Virus record (IMG/VR): IMGVR_UViG_3300021410_000065
Span: 1-59,479 of that record
Origin: a virus
Lineage: Duplodnaviria; Caudoviricetes
Length of the DNA: 59,479 nt
Direction: 5' to 3' (one strand)
Both the position numbers and the translations under genes were made by a program. The notes under the pieces were generated by a model. The model searched no databases and had not been told where the DNA came from. It was given only the letters and a program-made list of their open reading frames with translations. Positions 26,944 to 36,644 of this stretch are shown here, piece after piece (the first letter of the stretch is position 1; every line of letters starts with the position of its first letter).

Positions 26944-27590
26944 ATGATTTCGGGCGCCGTACGAAGCTGCTTGCGACCGAAGCCGCGCGGGGCGTCGTCG
27001 GCCATGCGGTTGATGTCGTCGTTGAAACGAGCGCTGTACGCCGACACGCGAGAGACATCGGCGTACTCCGCGCCGGGGTGCTGATGCAAGCGCGCGAGCG
27101 CGCCCGCAGCGATCGTCTCGGCGTATCGCTGGTACAGCAGGTCAGGGACCTCCTGCGCGTCGCGGGTCGGCGCGTACGTGACCTCGAGGCGCAGTGCCCG
27201 TGGTGCCTTGGCGTTCAGCGCCGGCACCAGTGACAGCAATCCAGGCCGCCGGCTGTAGAAGCCGCGCACCTCGCGCGTCGCTCCAACGGAGGCGCTTGCC
27301 CAACCGAGCGGGTAAAGAGCGTCAAGCTCCGGCCGTGTGAGCGGATCGACTGGGCCCTCGGGGAGCCATGCTGCCGTCACTTCAACGATCTGCGTGTCTG
27401 CCTCCGGCGCATCCAGCTCGATTTCAGGCACAGCCGGCGTGAGAGTGATCGGGTCTAACGTCGCGCGCAGGACACCCGCGCGCGTGCAGAACTCGATGCA
27501 CGCGTCCCGGATAGCGTCTTCGATGGCCGGCGCCGGCGCGCCATTCACGAACGGCAGCACGTACCGGTCGAAATCGCCAAGCGCTGCCAT
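26940..27590 (-). CDS. Head-tail adaptor/closure protein
   Basis: VLPFVNGAPAPAIEDAIRDACIEFC; position in the operon. Confidence 0.7.
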   Translation of the reverse strand: MAALGDFDRYVLPFVNGAPAPAIEDAIRDACIEFCTRAGVLRATLDPITLTPAVPEIELDAPEADTQIVEVTAAWLPEGPVDPLTRPELDALYPLGWASASVGATREVRGFYSRRPGLLSLVPALNAKAPRALRLEVTYAPTRDAQEVPDLLYQRYAETIAAGALARLHQHPGAEYADVSRVSAYSARFNDDINRMADDAPRGFGRKQLRTAPEII

Positions 27591-28010
27591 TTACTTATTG
27601 GCGCCGTGGGAGTCTTCGGCATTTCGAAGGCTGACGACCTGCTGGATCATGTCGTCCTTCTTCATGGCCGGCTCAAGCGTCACATTGAATGCGCGCAGAG
27701 CATAGGCCTGAATATCAGGCTTGGTCATGTTCTGCAGGTTCGGCAGATCGATCGCGGTACTGTCGTCTTCGACAGACGTGTTGGGCTCGTCAGGGGTGCT
27801 GTCCACAACCATGCCGACACGTGAGGGATCCTGTTCCGCAGTATCGGTGCCGTCGATCCAAATCGAGGGGTGAGCGAGCAGCTTCGTGGCAATGATCACG
27901 GGCAGGTAGTGCACCTGGCCGGGCGTCCAACTCAAGCCGGTCTCCGCGACATTGTCTTTCTTTACCGGCTTGGTGCCGATGTATTCGACGGCAACGAGAT
28001 TCGTCGTCAT
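27591..28010 (-). CDS. Virion-associated hypothetical protein
   Basis: YIGTKPVKKD start; small helical C-terminal motif. Confidence 0.65.
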   Translation of the reverse strand: MTTNLVAVEYIGTKPVKKDNVAETGLSWTPGQVHYLPVIIATKLLAHPSIWIDGTDTAEQDPSRVGMVVDSTPDEPNTSVEDDSTAIDLPNLQNMTKPDIQAYALRAFNVTLEPAMKKDDMIQQVVSLRNAEDSHGANK

Positions 28011-28022
28011 TCGTAGCTCCTG

Positions 28023-28052
28023 AAAAGAAAAGGGCCGGGTTGCCCCGGCCCT
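28023..28052 (-). terminator. Intrinsic terminator after the capsid genes
   Basis: AGGGCCGGG-GCAA-CCCGGCCCT-TTTCTTTT. Confidence 0.8.
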
Positions 28053-28070
28053 CTACGATCGGCAGTCCTT

Positions 28071-28493
28071 TTACAGGACGCCGACCACCTTACCGGTCAC
28101 GATCGCGACCAGTTTGGTGTCGTTGGCGAATGCCGTAGCGCCCACCGTGGCCACCAGCTTGACGGGATAGTCGAAGGTGATGGGGAGAGACGCTGACGAC
28201 ACGGCACCCGCCGTGGCAAGGCTGGCGCCCGCCGGGATGAAGTAGTCGTCGTCCGCCACTCGCGGGTCTTCGTTGTCGGCCGGCTCGAAGCCCACCTTCA
28301 CCGAAGCGCCAGCGCCTGCGGCGCCGCTGAGGATCTGGACGGCGTGCACGCGCACGCCTGCCTGGATGATGCCGAAGTACAGCTTGTCGCCGGCACCCGG
28401 CTTGCCCTGCACGGTGTAGTCCTCGGCGAGGGCGTTACCGCCTTCGGCCATGTGCAGCAGCTTGGTGCCGTAATCGGGAGCAAAGATATTCAT
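28071..28493 (-). CDS. Capsid decoration/minor head protein
   Basis: Follows the major capsid gene; start MNIFAP with AGGA RBS. Confidence 0.65.
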   Translation of the reverse strand: MNIFAPDYGTKLLHMAEGGNALAEDYTVQGKPGAGDKLYFGIIQAGVRVHAVQILSGAAGAGASVKVGFEPADNEDPRVADDDYFIPAGASLATAGAVSSASLPITFDYPVKLVATVGATAFANDTKLVAIVTGKVVGVL

Positions 28494-28553
28494 GGTGTTT
28501 TCCTGATTTCTGGGGAAGGATGGTTGGGGCCACGTCACCGCGGCCCCGCCCTA

Positions 28554-29846
28554 TCAGCCGCCGAGATTGAGATTGACGACGGTGTCCAACACCATCACGC
28601 CGTGATCGGTCGGAACCTTGTCGCCGTTTTCGTCCGGCACTTCGAAGCGCAGCTTGGCCTTGCCGCCCATCACTTCGCCAGCCACTTCGAGGTTGCGCTC
28701 GAAGTTGTAGCGACGTTCCATCCAGTTGGCATACGTCTCGCTGGTCTGGTTTTTGCCGTAGACGTGCGCCAGCGCTTGCGCGCCGAGCAGCATGGCGCGA
28801 TCGACGGCAAAGCCGCCACCCAGTGCCGGGTTCACCGACACTACCCCTTCTTGCGCGGTTGCTCGACCGGCAGCCGTGCAGTACTTCGTCTGGAAACCAG
28901 CCGGCATGCGGATCGCACGGTCCATCTTGCGCATCAAGATGTTGTTCCAGATTCCGGCCTCGCCGGTGAACAACGGATGCTTCGAGCCGTGCGACTTGCG
29001 GTTCCAGGCGTTCTGGATGAACGTGCGCCATGCCGTCGGGCCCGTCGCCGTAAGGATGCTGTTCCATTGGCGGTTGGTCACGAGCAGCAGATACAACGGC
29101 TCGTCGTGGGCGGCAGGATCGTCAGCGATCTTGATCGGCTGCAGCTTGAACTCGGCGTCGTCCAGGATCGCGGCGAGCGCGTCGATATGCTCGAGCTTCA
29201 GGATGTCGGTCGAGTCAATCGCGTTCAGCTTGTCGCCGCCCTGATCGACAGTGTTGCCGTTCGCCACGAAGTGACGGTTGAAGGTGGGCGCCTTGATCGG
29301 GTTGATCAAGATCTCGCCGAAATCGGGGTCTTCCTTTTTGGGGATAACCCAGTCGGTGCCCAGTTGCGAACCGCGTTCGCCGGCCAGGTGAACGATCGAA
29401 GCCTGGTCGTTGTACCGACGGAAGTAGCCCTGCAGGTTGGCCATGGCCAAGCCGCGCAGGTTGTGCACCGTACGCTGCTGGGTCATCTTGCCGCCAGCAT
29501 CGACCACCTTGGTCGCCAAGTCGATGCGGATGTCCATCGAACTGGTGTCAAGGCGTTCGCCCTTACCCTCAGCCATGCGATCGCCCATTATCGGCTTGCC
29601 GCCGGTCTGGTTGATCAGGTCGACGCTCACGGCGTCACCCTGGCCTTTGGAAAGGTCCGTCACGCGGACGAAGGGCATATCCGGCGACGTTTGGCCCTTC
29701 AGCTTGGCTTCCGCGTCGGACTGCTTGGGCGCGGCGCCGGTCATGTTGTTGGTCAACGAGGCTTGACGCAACGTGTTGGCGAACAGAGCGGCGCCGAACA
29801 CTTTGCGGGCCATCTTGCTGCCAACGGGAATACGGGTGGTAGACAT
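28554..29846 (-). CDS. Major capsid protein (N4-gp56/DUF4043-type)
   Basis: VRVTDLSKGQGDAV, GGKMTQQRTVHNLR, HPLFTGEAGIWN, RAMLLGAQAL, DHGVMVLDT. Confidence 0.9.
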   Translation of the reverse strand: MSTTRIPVGSKMARKVFGAALFANTLRQASLTNNMTGAAPKQSDAEAKLKGQTSPDMPFVRVTDLSKGQGDAVSVDLINQTGGKPIMGDRMAEGKGERLDTSSMDIRIDLATKVVDAGGKMTQQRTVHNLRGLAMANLQGYFRRYNDQASIVHLAGERGSQLGTDWVIPKKEDPDFGEILINPIKAPTFNRHFVANGNTVDQGGDKLNAIDSTDILKLEHIDALAAILDDAEFKLQPIKIADDPAAHDEPLYLLLVTNRQWNSILTATGPTAWRTFIQNAWNRKSHGSKHPLFTGEAGIWNNILMRKMDRAIRMPAGFQTKYCTAAGRATAQEGVVSVNPALGGGFAVDRAMLLGAQALAHVYGKNQTSETYANWMERRYNFERNLEVAGEVMGGKAKLRFEVPDENGDKVPTDHGVMVLDTVVNLNLGG

Positions 29847-29878
29847 GGAGTCTCCTGGTCAGATCACGTAGGGGTGGG

Positions 29879-30934
29879 TTACGTGAGGCGCGCCAGATAC
29901 GCCTCCTGCTGATCGGGGGTCATGGAAAGGAGCTTGTTCGTCAGTGCGATACCGCTCATTTCTTCGATCTCGCCAGCAGCGTCGGTGGCAGGCAATGCGC
30001 CACCGGGAATGTCTGACAGCGTGTTGGGACCGCCTGTGGTTGCGTTGGCCTTTTTGATGGCCGCGTCCAGGCGCGCTTGGGTGTCGGCTGGCGTCGCCGC
30101 AGTCTTGGTCGGCACAGCGGCCGGCTTTGCGTTGGGCAACTCGATCACACCATTGGCGGCTTCGTACATCGCCACCGCCTTGGCGAAACGCTCATCCAAC
30201 GGCAGGTCCTTGAATCGGGCCTGCGTGCGCAGATAGGCGTCCACCTCGGCGATGCCGTTGAACTGGTCCGGGTCGTGAGTACGGGCGTGGAGCAGCTTGG
30301 GGTTGGCTTCGATCGCGTCTTCGATCGCCGACATCGCGGAGACCTGCCGATCGCGCTGCGCCTGTTCGGCGGCAGGGCGTGCGGCTTCGATCTCGGCGTG
30401 TTGCGTCTTCACGCGGTCCACCAACTTGTCCAGCACTTCGGCCAGCTGTGGCGATTCCTCGCGCAGCTGCGCCATCAGATCCTCATCCACGATTTCCGAC
30501 AGGTCGGCGGTCTTCGCGGTGCGGCCCGATGCGGCAGCCTGGCGTTCCAACTCGAGTTTCTCGGTCAGTTCGCGGGCCATCGTCTCTGCCGCAAGGCGTC
30601 GCTCGCGTTCGCTGCGCAGCACCTCGTAGGGGATCTCGTACTTGCCGTCCTTCGACTTGATGACCGAACCTTCCGGATCCTCTTTCGAGCCGCCTTCGGG
30701 TTCATCCTTCGCGCCGGCTTTCTCTCCGGGCTGGTCTCGTCCACTGGTGTCGGGCGCACCACCGTCGTTATCGCCCTCGCTGTTCGTGGACTCGCCATCA
30801 CCGTCGCGTTCTGATACTTCGCCAGAGACAAGGTCGTCGGGGCTGGCGCCCTCGGCGAACGCATCCATGTCGAAGCCTTCGGGCAGGCTCAAGGGATCGC
30901 GCAATGCTTGGTTCAAGTCGATTTCAGTACTCAC
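29879..30934 (-). CDS. Scaffolding protein
   Basis: Acidic N-terminus, SKDGKYEIPYEVL, helical; lies between portal and capsid genes. Confidence 0.8.
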   Translation of the reverse strand: MSTEIDLNQALRDPLSLPEGFDMDAFAEGASPDDLVSGEVSERDGDGESTNSEGDNDGGAPDTSGRDQPGEKAGAKDEPEGGSKEDPEGSVIKSKDGKYEIPYEVLRSERERRLAAETMARELTEKLELERQAAASGRTAKTADLSEIVDEDLMAQLREESPQLAEVLDKLVDRVKTQHAEIEAARPAAEQAQRDRQVSAMSAIEDAIEANPKLLHARTHDPDQFNGIAEVDAYLRTQARFKDLPLDERFAKAVAMYEAANGVIELPNAKPAAVPTKTAATPADTQARLDAAIKKANATTGGPNTLSDIPGGALPATDAAGEIEEMSGIALTNKLLSMTPDQQEAYLARLT

Positions 30935-31039
30935 TTTTCACGCTCCTAGTTCTCGGATAGGTCCGAAAATGCAAATAGCCCCGCCGGTCTCCCGTGGGGC
31001 TGTGGGGTGTCCGTATCCCTGGACTGGGAAAAATCTATG

Positions 31040-33220
31040 TCAGGCCGCGCGCGCCTCAGCTGGCTGGCCAGCGGTCGCAGCTGCGATGAGCGCTCGCTCG
31101 GTCTCGCCGCGCTCGCGCATCGCCGCCCGGCCCGTCTCGGCCTCTTCGTGCAGACGGATCTTTTCGAGCTCGGCCTGCGCGGCGCCAAGGCGGTCGGCCA
31201 ACTGGTCGTTGCCGCTGTCGCGCGCTGCCTTCTCGGCCTCGGCGAGCAGCTTGCGCGTGCGCGCTTGCCGCTCTTCAATCTTCGACTCCGCGTCGCGCAT
31301 GGCGAGTTCAGCCTGGGCTGCCTGGGCTTGCTGCACGGCTTCCTGCTGCTGTTTCGCCTCGGGCGAATCCTGATCGAGCTGGATGCCCATCTGCTCGCGC
31401 AGGAACTTGGCCATATCCTTGCGATGCGCGAAGTCGCTCATTTCGAGCGCGAACGGCACCAGCAAGGCCTGCTGCTGCGGCGGCAACGACTTCAGGATTT
31501 CGGCGAACTGGCCGAATTGCTGGGCGCGATATGTCGGGGTGCTGGGCACATCGGACAGCGCGATCTTGACCGGTGCCGACTGTACGTCGTTCCGCTTGTA
31601 CTGCTGCCCGGTCACGTCGTCGGTCATCGGGATGTTCACCATGACGCGCTTCTTTGTCATGCCGGTGTCCACCATGATCTCCGTCTGGTCGATCATGTCC
31701 TCTTTCAGCAGGTCCAAGAGCGCCGAACCCACGCCACGACGGGCGTAGCGATAGTTGTCGTTGATCTCGGCGAGCGTCGTTGTGCCCTGCTCCACAAGCG
31801 ATTGGATGGCCAAGCCCGACGATGCATTGCTCTGCTGGCCCATCATTGCGCTGTAGACGCCGGCGGCTTCCTGAATGGCCTGCTTGCGTTCCTGCATGAT
31901 CTGGAACTGGAACTGCGACAGTTGCATGTTCTCGTCCACGCGGATCGCCGTCTGGCCGCCCTTGCGCATCGGGTTCGTCACGATGAAGGCGTCGGACATT
32001 CCCATCTCGCGGGACGCGTCCGAAAGCGTGTTGTATTTCTCGTCCAGCGCATCGCTGTCTATCTGCGTGCGGCGCGCTGACAGCAGCCACATCATCTTCT
32101 GCGCGCGGGCGTTGAGCTCGTCCTGCGGCGACAGCATGGAGCGGATCAAGCCGTACGGTACGCCGGTCAGATCCTCCCGGTAGCCCCAGAACGGGATATA
32201 GGGGAAGCGCCGACGATTCGTGGAAACGTCACGAACTCGGTGCGGTCCGATGTGGAAAGCCACGCGCACCTTGTCGTATACCGCCACCTTCGGCTGAACC
32301 ATGCCGGTGGCGACGATCGCGCGGTGCTGCGGATCCGCCTGGTTGAACTCGATCACCCGGCCGCCGGGCAGACGCAGCACTAGGCCGCGAATCCAAACCC
32401 GGTACCAGACCTCGAAGCAACTGACTCGGCCGCGTTCGGTATCGCGCCATTCGTAATCGTCCCACGACACGCGCTCCTGCTCTAGCCCGTGCGCGAGGTT
32501 CAGGCTCACACGATTATCCACGGTCAGGAAATCGGCCCAATCGCGCCAGCCATGCCCCGCAAAGCGGATCAGATCGGCATGTTCAGGAAAGAATGACGCC
32601 AGATGATCGGCGTCGTACCAGCGGCGGCGCACCACGTATCGGGCGTCGGACCAATCGAGCTTCTTGCTGCGCCAGTCCCAGTACATTTCCCGCCGGTGCA
32701 CCGATTCGACGCGGTACGGGTAATTGAACGGGTTGGAGTCGCGTGACACCTCGACGCAGCCGAAGCCCGCCTTTATCTGCTGCGCGTACGCCTCGGATGT
32801 GGCCATGTCGGCATTCGCCTCGCGCTCCGCCTCGTGAATCTTGGCGGAGAGCGCTTCGGCCACCTCGGTGTGCTGCTCGTCGTCCGCACCCACGCGCCAG
32901 TCGGTGCGGGTCTTGGCCTCCATGCCGAGCACCGCGTCCACCGTAGGCTTGATCAGGTTGGTGACCAGCGGGCCAAGCCCGCGACTGTCGAGCCGCTGGA
33001 TGGTGTCAGCATCCAATTGATTGCCGTCGTAATAATCGACCGCCTTGTCCGCCTCGCGGCGCCACGCCGGCTGATTTTGGATCTCGCCCATCCAGCGTTC
33101 CAGGCTTTGCAGCTGGAGCGCGTGCGGATCCCGCGGAGCATGGTCGCGCGCAGACGCAGACTTGTCGTCCTGCTGGTGCAGCAGCGCCAAGCCGTTTACA
33201 GCGTCGTTCATCCTCGCCAT
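31040..33220 (-). CDS. Portal protein (P22-like)
   Basis: DYYDGNQL, NLIKPTVDAVLG, FPYIPFWGYR, PYGLIRSM..PQDELN. Confidence 0.92.
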   Translation of the reverse strand: MARMNDAVNGLALLHQQDDKSASARDHAPRDPHALQLQSLERWMGEIQNQPAWRREADKAVDYYDGNQLDADTIQRLDSRGLGPLVTNLIKPTVDAVLGMEAKTRTDWRVGADDEQHTEVAEALSAKIHEAEREANADMATSEAYAQQIKAGFGCVEVSRDSNPFNYPYRVESVHRREMYWDWRSKKLDWSDARYVVRRRWYDADHLASFFPEHADLIRFAGHGWRDWADFLTVDNRVSLNLAHGLEQERVSWDDYEWRDTERGRVSCFEVWYRVWIRGLVLRLPGGRVIEFNQADPQHRAIVATGMVQPKVAVYDKVRVAFHIGPHRVRDVSTNRRRFPYIPFWGYREDLTGVPYGLIRSMLSPQDELNARAQKMMWLLSARRTQIDSDALDEKYNTLSDASREMGMSDAFIVTNPMRKGGQTAIRVDENMQLSQFQFQIMQERKQAIQEAAGVYSAMMGQQSNASSGLAIQSLVEQGTTTLAEINDNYRYARRGVGSALLDLLKEDMIDQTEIMVDTGMTKKRVMVNIPMTDDVTGQQYKRNDVQSAPVKIALSDVPSTPTYRAQQFGQFAEILKSLPPQQQALLVPFALEMSDFAHRKDMAKFLREQMGIQLDQDSPEAKQQQEAVQQAQAAQAELAMRDAESKIEERQARTRKLLAEAEKAARDSGNDQLADRLGAAQAELEKIRLHEEAETGRAAMRERGETERALIAAATAGQPAEARAA

Positions 33221-34635
33221 CCTTCGCGGTGTATCTTCAATTTCTGTGTGCTCCTGACGGTCGCGAATCGCAGCGACATGAGGCCATAACGGCTGGCAGA
33301 GATCGCGTCGTCCATCTTCTTGACGACCACGCCATCCTTGCGGTGGTAGAGCCTGTATTCGGAAAGCCAGTCTTCCAGGTGCGAAAAGACCTTGAACTGC
33401 CCTTTCACCATCCGATCCAGCATGATCTGGATGCCCGCTTCCACGCCTGAGGATCCGTCCTCAAAGCTGGCCCGGTCGGGCAGCATGTTGACGTTTTCGC
33501 GCTGATACGCATCGCGCATCGGCACGCCGGTGTCTTTCTGGGCCTGCAAAGCATCGTGCGGCCATGCGACCGGTATCCAGTCGCCTTTCGCGCGGATCGC
33601 GGAGGCATGCACCGATACCGTCTTCTGGCGCGCCTTGTACACGTCGTACAGGTAGACGATGTCGGCGTCCGGGTTCAGCGCCATCCAAACCGCAGAAGTG
33701 GGGTGATCCCATCCCAGATCGAGGCCGACGATGCGCGGCCAGTTCTCCGGGATGCCGAACGCCGGCACCACGATGTCCGATTCCGGTACCGGGAACACGG
33801 CGCCGCTTCCCAGCACTGGCTTGCCGTAAGCTCTTGCCTCCCGCTCATGCGCCGGATAGGTCGCAATGATCGTCTCGGCCTGCTCACGGGTGTAGTGGCC
33901 GGCGTCCAAGATGCCCATGAACACCACGGCCGTGCCAGGGGCCTTATCCACCAGAAAGCGCATGACCGTCTCGGACATGCCCTTGAGCGGCGTAAACGTC
34001 AGGTAGACCGGCCCCAGCGTGGTATTCGTCCGGGTCAGCCCTTCCATGTAGATGTCGTGCGGCGGTTCTTCGTCGAACCACACGAAATCCAGCGTCTCGG
34101 CCTGGAACTTCTCGCGGCCTTGGTCATACGACCGAAAGCCCAGGATGCTGTGGCCCGCCTGAACATCACCGCCGCCACCGTGGCGCACCACTACCTGCGC
34201 CTTGGCATTGGCGATGCCACTACGGGCGCTCACCTCAGCGATCGCATCGGCCGGAATAGCAGCGTGCCCTTGATCGCTTTCGATGCCCGGCCGCCCGAGC
34301 AACAGCCGCTGCACGCCGTCGCGCGTCAGTTCCGCGGTGACCGATGCCGCCCACCCGGCCGTGGGCTTCTCGAATACCTTGCCTTCCCACCAATCCGGGT
34401 ACCGGCCGGTGAGGTGCATCGCCGTCTCATAAGCGCCCGAGTAGGTCTTGCCCAGCTGGTTGCCCGCAGAGAACAGCCGTTCCCGTGTCGTGGCGCCCAG
34501 CGCGTGGAAGTCTTCCTGCTTGGCATACGGCCGGTAGTACTTCAGCCGATTGCGCTTCGCCCGGTACGCACGTTCCTGCAAGGCGGCAGCCAGCGCGACG
34601 CGAGGATTCGCGACCGCCATACCACCTGCTGCCAT
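33208..34635 (-). CDS. terL: Terminase large subunit
   Basis: AGNQLGKT Walker A, VWFDEEP Walker B, GLDLGWDHP nuclease, DDAISASRY. Confidence 0.95.
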   Translation of the reverse strand: MAAGGMAVANPRVALAAALQERAYRAKRNRLKYYRPYAKQEDFHALGATTRERLFSAGNQLGKTYSGAYETAMHLTGRYPDWWEGKVFEKPTAGWAASVTAELTRDGVQRLLLGRPGIESDQGHAAIPADAIAEVSARSGIANAKAQVVVRHGGGGDVQAGHSILGFRSYDQGREKFQAETLDFVWFDEEPPHDIYMEGLTRTNTTLGPVYLTFTPLKGMSETVMRFLVDKAPGTAVVFMGILDAGHYTREQAETIIATYPAHEREARAYGKPVLGSGAVFPVPESDIVVPAFGIPENWPRIVGLDLGWDHPTSAVWMALNPDADIVYLYDVYKARQKTVSVHASAIRAKGDWIPVAWPHDALQAQKDTGVPMRDAYQRENVNMLPDRASFEDGSSGVEAGIQIMLDRMVKGQFKVFSHLEDWLSEYRLYHRKDGVVVKKMDDAISASRYGLMSLRFATVRSTQKLKIHREGWRG

Positions 34636-34636
34636 A

Positions 34637-35329
34637 TCAGTGCACCGTCTTGCCGCTGGCCTTGCTCACGCCCATGCGCGACAGGATCTGCTCGACGGGC
34701 ACACCTTCCAGGCGAGCAACCTCGGCGGCGGATGCACGAATCTGGCTTTCCACTTCTTCGTCTGTGGCGGCAGCCAGCGGCCCAGAGCGGACTTCCTTGC
34801 GATCGACCAGCAGGCCGAAATACTTCATCGCCGTGGTGATCGACGTGTTCTTGTCGAACGTCTTCACCTTCTTGGTGAGGCCAATCAGCTCGCGCTCGGC
34901 GCCGACGCCTTCGAACTCTTCCATGACCTCGATCTGGGCAAGCGCGGCGGCGGTGTCGTCGTCCAACTCGGTCGGGTGCTTCATCGAACCGTCGGGGTTG
35001 TATAGCCTGCGCACGTCGAACGTCACGAGCCTGGCCAACTCTTTCAGCACGCGCTCAGCCGTAAATTCCAGCTTCGTGGCGATCCGCGTCTTGCCCGACT
35101 CGATAGCCCGGGCAACCATAACGTTCGATAACAGGCGGGACGACTGTTCTTGCGCCGTGTGCGCGCTATATCCCGCACGAATTGCAGCCTGTGTCGCGTT
35201 CAGGTCGATCAAGTACTCAGCGACGAAACGCTCCTGACGAGCGGTAAGGGCTCGCTCAGGCGGTGGGGTCTTGCTCTTGGGCTGCGCCTTCGGCTTCTTG
35301 GCCGGCGCCGCTGGTTTCTTCGTTGCCAT
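34637..35329 (-). CDS. terS: Terminase small subunit
   Basis: LTARQERFVAEYLIDLNATQAAIRAGYS. Confidence 0.95.
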   Translation of the reverse strand: MATKKPAAPAKKPKAQPKSKTPPPERALTARQERFVAEYLIDLNATQAAIRAGYSAHTAQEQSSRLLSNVMVARAIESGKTRIATKLEFTAERVLKELARLVTFDVRRLYNPDGSMKHPTELDDDTAAALAQIEVMEEFEGVGAERELIGLTKKVKTFDKNTSITTAMKYFGLLVDRKEVRSGPLAAATDEEVESQIRASAAEVARLEGVPVEQILSRMGVSKASGKTVH

Positions 35330-35702
35330 CAGGCGTTACCTCGGATGTGCCTTCCACACTGCGACGCAGGCGCAAGCGGGTGCGCTGGTGGTGCCATTGG
35401 ATGGATTCGTTCACGCACTTCAGGGCAAGTGCATTTTCCAGGCAGGCGTAGGGCCCGGACTGGAAGCCTCGAAGGCGGTCGGCCACGATGGCCAGTAGCG
35501 TTTCATTGGTGAGGCCGTTGACGCCTACCTCTTGGATAGCGCCATCCTGGAAGCGAATAATCGTCTTGGACGGACCGCTGGCCAGATCCACGCCGATGAC
35601 GTACTCGTGATTGGCGTTCCCGTTGCCCGGCTCGTCGGTCGCGGCCACTGTCACCGGGCCGTCGGCGGCATCGCAAAAGTGATCGTTGATGATGTGGGAC
35701 AT
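35256..35702 (-). CDS. tad1: Tad1/Acb2-family anti-defence nucleotide sponge (Tad1-like)
   Basis: G.GNANHEY...IRFQDG....GVNG...LLAIVADRLRGFQSGPY..ENALAL....E...W...R...R..R.VEGT matches the Tad1 pattern as recalled. Confidence 0.8.
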   Translation of the reverse strand: MSHIINDHFCDAADGPVTVAATDEPGNGNANHEYVIGVDLASGPSKTIIRFQDGAIQEVGVNGLTNETLLAIVADRLRGFQSGPYACLENALALKCVNESIQWHHQRTRLRLRRSVEGTSEVTPDGNEETSGAGQEAEGAAQEQDPTA

Positions 35703-35716
35703 GGCCGCTCCAGACG

Positions 35717-35750
35717 CAAAAGAACCCCGCTCGGCGAATGCCTGCGGGCT
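35717..35750 (-). terminator. Terminator-like hairpin, second copy of tR'
   Basis: 24/25 identity to 36652..36676, followed by TTCTTTT. Confidence 0.65.
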
Positions 35751-35766
35751 TCAAAAAGAAAGAAAG

Positions 35767-36180
35767 CTATCGCTGATCGGGTGGAATCCAATCCTTGGGC
35801 GGCCGCCATCCCGTTTGCGTTGGCTTCGGCTCCCATCCGCTCAGTTCGACCGAGCCGGCACAGCCCACGATCGCTGTCCAGGAGTTCTTGCTGGTCGATT
35901 GACCTTCACCGACTGTGAACGCAATTCCCCAAAGCCGAGAACTTGGCGAGTATTGAATTTCGTCTTGAAGAAAGCGGTGTTGTGCCAAGAAGGCTACTGC
36001 GAGCTTGTCGGGATTAAAAAATCGCGTCCCGCTGCTCTCCATTCGTTGCGTTACGGCCCGCTCCAGGAACTCAGGCGTCCGATCTGGGCAAGGCGGTCCC
36101 GGCACGTACGGCCGATTCAGAAAGTAGAAGAACACCGTCCCAAGCGCAATGGTCAAAATAAACGACGTCGAAGCCCGCAT
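35767..36180 (-). CDS. YebF/colicin-M-immunity-like membrane-anchored protein, copy 2
   Basis: TM anchor, CPDRT, WGIAFTVGEG...AIVGCAGSVELS; start MRASTS with AGGAAG RBS. Confidence 0.62.
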   Translation of the reverse strand: MRASTSFILTIALGTVFFYFLNRPYVPGPPCPDRTPEFLERAVTQRMESSGTRFFNPDKLAVAFLAQHRFLQDEIQYSPSSRLWGIAFTVGEGQSTSKNSWTAIVGCAGSVELSGWEPKPTQTGWRPPKDWIPPDQR

Positions 36181-36266
36181 ATTCTTCCTATCGGTTGTGC
36201 AAGCTATCAGCAGATAGCGAGTGGCAGAGCAAGGAAGATAGCAAGGTTTGGCCGTTCTTCGACCGA

Positions 36267-36629
36267 CTATGGTGTCGGCCGCCAGAAACTGAGTTCGACA
36301 TAGCCGCTGCAATGCACGATCGCAATCATCGTGTTCGAACTGGTGGATGCACCCTCTCCAACAGTGAACGGGACGATCCACGATCGAGGGTCGGGCGAAT
36401 AGCCATACTCGTTACGGAGAAAACGGTGTTGTTCAAGAAACGGAGTGGCGACCGGATGCGGAGGAAAGGCCCAAGACGTGCGGTTTTTCATGTGGCGAAA
36501 CACCGCCTGCTCGAGTTCCTCAGGAGTTCGATCGGCACACTGCGGTTCGGGGACGATTGGCTTGCTGATCTGATAAAAGCCAGCAGCACCCAGCGCAAAA
36601 ATCACGAGAGCTGGGATCCACCACCGCAT
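36267..36629 (-). CDS. YebF/colicin-M-immunity-like membrane-anchored protein, copy 1
   Basis: TM anchor, CADRT, WIVPFTVGEG...AIVHCSGYVELS. Confidence 0.65.
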   Translation of the reverse strand: MRWWIPALVIFALGAAGFYQISKPIVPEPQCADRTPEELEQAVFRHMKNRTSWAFPPHPVATPFLEQHRFLRNEYGYSPDPRSWIVPFTVGEGASTSSNTMIAIVHCSGYVELSFWRPTP

Positions 36630-36644
36630 CTACTTTTCACCTAT

